In this document: one piece after another, positions 62,418 to 64,000 of the stretch
Layout of the letters: every line of letters begins with the position of its first letter
Position numbering within the stretch: position 1 is the first letter of the stretch
NCBI GenBank assembly: GCA_016748015.1
Contig: JAAOMT010000219.1
Location: 355,045-419,044, forward strand
DNA length: 64,000 nucleotides
Direction: 5' to 3'
From: Geosiphon pyriformis uo1
Lineage: Eukaryota; Fungi; Glomeromycota
Notes under the pieces: model-generated
The model's input: only the letters and a program-made list of their open reading frames with translations
The model's database searches: none
What the model was told of the DNA's origin: nothing
Position numbers and translations under genes: made by a program

Positions 62418-64000
62418 TGTTATAGATTAGAATAACAAGCTAATAAATAGCAAAAAAGAACAGAATTGTAGAGTAATGAAAATTAATCAAAAAAAAAATT
62501 ACAATTTAGAAGCAAATTGAATGAGTAAAATTTCAATATACATAATCAGTCTCATAAAAATCATCACAAATTTTTTCTAGAAATCTGAAAATAGAAAAAT
62601 AGTTCATAATTGTTAACAAGATAATATTGCTGTTATTATTTTATGTCTCAACTTAACAATTCTTAGAATTAATAAAAGATATTATTGTGCTTTTTAATTG
62701 TTTCTTTATTTAATGAATTACAAAAACAAATAATTACTCCTTAGATTAATTCTAACAATACAAATTAAGAAAAAGAAAAAATAAGGTATGTAAATGCCAA
62801 CAAGTAATTTTTTATCCCAAGATGTTTAGATATTTGAAGGTAAAAAAAAAGAGAATAGGCAATATAAGAGAAAGTAATTAATAGTGGGTTTTATTTTATT
62901 ATTTTAAGCATGTTTTTCTATAGTTAAAAGATTTATTACTTATATAACTATTGAAAATGGTTAATAATCAGGTCAATGACTAAGTTAATGATTAAGTCAA
63001 TAATCAGGTTAACAATTAGGTCATTAATTAAGTTAATAATTACTATCTAAAAATAAAATAGCTAATTATATGATATCAGTGACTAATACATGTAATAACT
63101 AATAAAAAGTATGAGTTTCAAGCATAACATTATCCTTTCCAAAAAGATTAAGCTCTAGTGAAATCAAGTTATTCATGGAATAATCTATTTGAAAAGTTTT
63201 GTCTAACTTAAAGCTAACTAGTTTGTTAAAATTTTTTGTGGATAGAATATATAATACTTAAGACAAAATAAGTTTTGTATTTAAGAGACCAAATCTTTAT
63301 ATAAAAGTTTTGGCTCTTTTAGCAATAGTTAAAACTTTTGAAATATCTAATCATATAATGTCCAAAATTTCTATTTGTATCTCTGAAGTTGTTTTTTTTA
63401 TGAGTTTCATATCTTCTATAATTTTATTAAAGCAACCATAGAGTTCTAATTGCCTTTTATATATTAAGTTTTTGTTAATAGGTAAAATTTTTTTAATTGT
63501 TTTTTTAATTGTGATAGAAGGTGAAAATATTGCAGCTGTTATTTTTTCCAGCAGATATTTATCTATTTTGCTATCAATTTTTTTTCTTTTGGTAGTGGTT
63601 TTTTTTAGTCTAATAACAGTATATATTCTACTGTTATTAGTTATGGTGGTTTGTTTTTCAATGGTCAGAGTAGTATTTAAATAGTTTTTGATCCAATATT
63701 TATAAAGAGTATAGAAGACATTTTGAATGTTTTGATCCAGGAAATAATTGTTCATGTTGATTGAAAATACCTCTGTTTTGGAAATGATGTATTTATTTAT
63801 ATTTGATTTTTATTAATCATTTGGATCAGTATTATCACAACAGATAACTGATCAATTTGTTTGTAATATTTCTTAAGTTGTATGTTATGAACAGAGTGAT
63901 CATTGAAGATTGTTTTATATTAATCTTATAAGATATAAAAACTATTGTTTAAAACTTTGTTGACTATAAAAGATTTTTTTCATTGGCTAGAGAATTTATT
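62418..64000 (-). mobile_element. Family-A 3' end: LTR 62418-63129, PPT, ORF3 (~63100-63755), integrase tail
   Basis: TGTTATA...CATAACA termini, seven 12-bp repeats; ORF 63351-63755 matches ORF3. Confidence 0.88.

Noticed and set aside
1261-63755. Many short or antisense ORFs, and the idea of an alternative genetic code or organellar DNA
   Set aside because: The ORFs are shadows or fragments of TE genes. Stops differ between copies and trace to C->T/G->A changes, so they are mutations, not recoding.

Overview
This window is a eukaryotic transposable-element graveyard, probably fungal. Glomeromycotina is inferred from element types, standard genetic code and AT richness, not proven. I found no host gene, RNA gene or CRISPR array. 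The window holds: (i) about nine whole or partial copies of one Ty3/Gypsy family ('A'), some inserted into each other, the best being 8251-15709 with TSD GTAT; (ii) a young dUTPase-carrying Gypsy ('B', 38684-47531, LTRs ~99% identical, TSD GTGG, internally mis-scaffolded) and an old decayed dUTPase-carrying relative ('E', ~19491-25512); (iii) solo LTRs of two further families (C, D); (iv) a DD34E Tc1 DNA transposon; (v) three APE-RT-RNase H LINEs on the minus strand; (vi) two ~2.3-kb ORF1-only retroelements (49398-51700, 51750-54022). The last pair lack reverse transcriptase but share the LINE's 5' start, its 3' tail from the stop codon onward, a 3' hairpin and poly(A). They look like a HAL1/HeT-A-like non-autonomous system next to its putative helper LINE, and are the most novel signal here. 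Other notable points: integrase appears to be a separate ORF in the Gypsy families, an env-position ORF3 lacks a transmembrane segment, Cys-rich inserts lie between protease and RT, family A has a UUUAAAC -1 frameshift site, and G:C->A:T erosion is pervasive and graded by element age. All alignments were done by eye, so boundaries in decayed regions are approximate.
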